DNA from: Vicugna vicugna
Lineage: Eukaryota
NCBI GenBank assembly: GCA_013265495.1
Contig: MU058059.1
Location: 2,083,502-2,147,501, forward strand
DNA: 64,000 bases
Reading direction: 5' to 3'
Positions 60,691 to 64,000 of this stretch are shown one piece after another (within the stretch, counting starts at the first letter, position 1; every line of letters starts with the position of its first letter). Under the pieces are notes generated by a model, which worked only from the letters and a program-made list of their open reading frames with translations, was not told the origin of the DNA and made no database searches. Made by a program: the position numbers and the translations under genes.

Positions 60691-63600
60691 CCTGGCTCTC
60701 AGTCTAAGTTGCTGAATGCAGAAATACTATTTCCTGTCGTGAAATCTTTAACATAGGCAGGCAAACACGCTAAGACAAGTCTCACATCGAAGCTAATTTC
60801 TACTCAAAATGTACATCCTCCTCTGGTGGTGTGTTTCAACAAATGAGAACTGTACTTTCCCGGGTGTTTCCAACCCAGGAAATGATGAATAATAAATGAT
60901 GAATCTGCAAGGAAACTGGCAAAGTACCTACTGTGCACCACACACTGTTTCAGAGTCTCAGCCAAACGGGTGATTTAGCCCCTGCCCTTGAAGACCGTGG
61001 TTGGGGAGATGGTGGTTGCACCGTCGATGTCAGCAGCAGGTAACAGGTGCTGGGACGGCGCCCTGGGGTCACACAGGCGCCAAAGGCACCTGACGGAGGG
61101 GAGGCACATCTCAGGAACAGGTCGGTCGAGGGAAGAAAGAAACATTAGCTGGGGGCAGGGTGGGTGAATCCAGGAGGTTCTATAGGAAGAAAACACTGGG
61201 AAAAGGACCCAGAAAGGAAAGGCCAGGGTATTTGCTGAGAATGGTGAACAGGTCCATGTTGCTGGAGCTTAAAGGGTTTTCGGGTTTCATCCCACATGTT
61301 ACTTCATCAGAGGAGCCTCTCAGACAATCAAACTATTCAAAGTCAGCTCCCTTCCTAATCCATCTCGGAGCATCAGTTTCTGCCATTTGTGATGCACTCA
61401 CCTTTGGGTGCTTGTGTGTGGGTGTATTCCTCTCCCATGGGACTGTGAATCCCGTGATGGCAGAGACCAGGTGGCTTTGGTGCACAGGTGCTGGAGGCCA
61501 CACAGCCTTTGGCTGAGTATTGAGTGGCTTCATGGCTGGAGATGCATTTGAAGAGGTTGGCAGGTAGAAATGCTTCCAGACTTAAATTAATGTGAACAAA
61601 TACGAAGAGATGGCGTAACGGCACACAATCACAGGACTGGAGCCTGGGGAGCTGACAGCGGGGAATACAGGCAGAAGCTTATCCTAGTCTGACTGTGGGT
61701 CCTCGGAAGCTAGCCTGGGGAGCTCGGTCTCCTCTAAGATGATGGACACCCATACGCTCAGCCTGCTGCAAAGCAGCACTAAGGTGAGGTCAAAGCACAG
61801 GTGGGGCCCTGAGTTAGGACCCAGCTGCACAGAACCCAGTGTAGCGTACTTGCCCCTCTGCCCTTGATGAGCTAAGTCCACTGAGGAAAAATCCCAGTCC
61901 TGTCCCAACACAGCACGGATGTACTGGATGCCCAAGTCCCAACTCCAGAATCTCTTCACCTTGATCTGACCATTAGAAAAATGGCTATCTTTGTAGAAAC
62001 ACACTGTGAACCCACATCGCTTTGTTCAAAAATGAGTGAAGAGATTTAATCTGGAGATAAAACTTACAGACCTGCCTAGCAAGTGATGGGGTGATGTGGG
62101 AAGATCCCCCTTGTCCAGGAGGAAATGTTCGGACTCCCCTCTACACATCCTCCGTGACTCGGGGTCATATCACCTGCTGGCCTCATTTTCTGTAAATCGA
62201 GGGATGGGTTGACCTGAACCTTCAGGTTTTTATAGGTGTAATAAACACCTCTGTGTACTCAGGCTTTGCTAGCTTTGTACTTCCAAGCTTGCAATATTTT
62301 CGTTAAACATCATAATCGGAGATCACATCATTTGGTAATATCATTTGAAATTTACTGTTGCAATTCCGCTGAAGGGCAGCGTGATCATTGAAGCAGCACT
62401 CTTGTATTGGAGCTTGCTTGTCCTTTATTAAACACTAAATTCTACCTCCTTATGCTCTCAGCCGTCTCTTAAGATCATTGGCTAAAAAGCAGTTAACACT
62501 CAGAGACACAAGTCTAAGCTTATAAAAGAACTCAAAACAAATGTCCTGAAGTTATTCCAAAATGAAACACAAAATTGCATCCCAATTACTAAGGAGAATG
62601 AGGCCCAAAAGCATTTCCACCTACGTCTGCTTGGCCCACGGTATGTGTCATGAGGATGGAGACCTTCTTGTGGGTCCCTGAGCCGGTTCCCTCTGGCTTC
62701 TGCTGGGACCTTGTTTCATTATTTATCCCACTGTGTCCCCCTGACGTTTCTGTCTGTCCCCTAGTTCCCTCCATGCCATCTACACACACCCCTTCACTTT
62801 CTTAGCATGCTGTTTCTTCAGTTCTAAGACACACACTTTTCACATTTTACATCTCTGAAATCAGAGTGTCTCTCACCATGAAGCCCCCTTACACTGAGAC
62901 TGAAAGTTTTTGTTTCTTTCTTGGAACGTAAAACGCTGGTGTGCCCGACAGCTGATGATGTCGTTGACTGGACGTCATCCAATGCAAAGCCGTTCTTTGC
63001 CCTTGTACCGCTGTTACACTGTTTTAATAACTTTGCAGGGTAGGTAGTCTTCTCCCCTGCAGATGAGGAGACGGTTTGAACAAAGTGAACCTGTGTGTCC
63101 ACAGGCATCCAACAGGTAGCAAAGTCTGATTCCTTTCCGGGGACGTCTGCCTTCAAAGCTGCGTGCTTTCCTCGGCCAGCCTCTTTGACACACCAGCACA
63201 AAACAAGAGCACTGGGGTTCTGACGCTGGCCATGATTCATGTGTTTATCCCCTTTCTGATCTCCATTCCACCCTCGGGCACATCCTAACTTACTTCTGTT
63301 CTTTACATATGTAGATGAAATACATAACTGTAGAGGGAAAAAAATTGCATAACGGATTGCATTCTCTCACAGAAATATACCAGATCAAAGGGACGAATAA
63401 ACCACTACGCAAAAAATCATTGATAATCATAGGGGAAGGGTTTCAAAGAGAGAAAAATTCAGCTTGTTTATCTAATGTCTGGTCATTAAATTACTTATCG
63501 TCCTGAATTCTCGTGAGTCACACTTATAAATGGGAGAGTTGCTGCAGGGAAAGAAAAGAAGTGAGCAAGGGCGGAAGGAAAGGTGTCTCAGGCTGGGTGG

Positions 63601-64000
63601 GCAGGAACACTGAGGACCAGAGGGCATAAGGGGTGGGTCCTCTGGTCCCCAGGTGCAGGTGGGCGAGACCCTCTGCGTCTGTGTACAGACAGCATCTTCC
63701 CAGAGGGCGTTCTGCTCTGCTCTGTAAAGCCCCAATCTCATCTGCAAAGGGCCTGACTGGTCTTACTTGCACTTAGCTGGGCGAAATTCCTCCCATTTCA
63801 TGTATTAAACCTGTGATTCTCTCACTGTGCATCACAGGAGCAGAGGTAGCACCGAGCACTCTCCGTGGCTTTACAGGGGAAGTGTGGCGGCCTTTTCAGC
63901 TGTCTTGACTCTGTGCCTTTCACACCAAGCCTCATCCAAGATCCAAGAGATAGGATCAGGTTTAAGAGCATTAGGTTGCTTGAAAATAGGGCACTGCGTT

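Noticed and set aside
1..64000. Prokaryotic-type systems (operons, CRISPR arrays, defence islands)
   Set aside because: The sequence is mammalian, with no dense coding regions or repeat-spacer arrays.

Overview
Mammalian, essentially non-coding genomic DNA, most likely from a camelid (camel/alpaca). The evidence is a vic-1-type tRNA-derived SINE, artiodactyl-style L1 3' ends, and no Alu, Bov-A/BovB or PRE-1 copies recognised. I could not support any protein-coding exon: the ORF track is consistent with chance ORFs and I recognise no protein family in it. The main functional landmark is a CpG island at ~26.7-27.7 kb with NRF1, YY1, Sp1 and BANP-like motifs. It carries a strong minus-strand splice donor at 27339, so it is probably the promoter and first exon of an unidentified leftward-transcribed gene or lncRNA. 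The rest is interspersed repeats (L1, L2, MIR, MaLR and ERV1 LTRs, hAT DNA transposons), microsatellites and long repeat-poor stretches that may hold enhancers. I found no convincing new biological system. The findings are testable hypotheses (candidate non-coding exons, an antisense smORF, an LTR-driven transcript) and small molecular-evolution signatures seen directly in the sequence. Repeat family names come from recalled consensus sequences, not a database search, and repeat boundaries are approximate unless a TSD is given.
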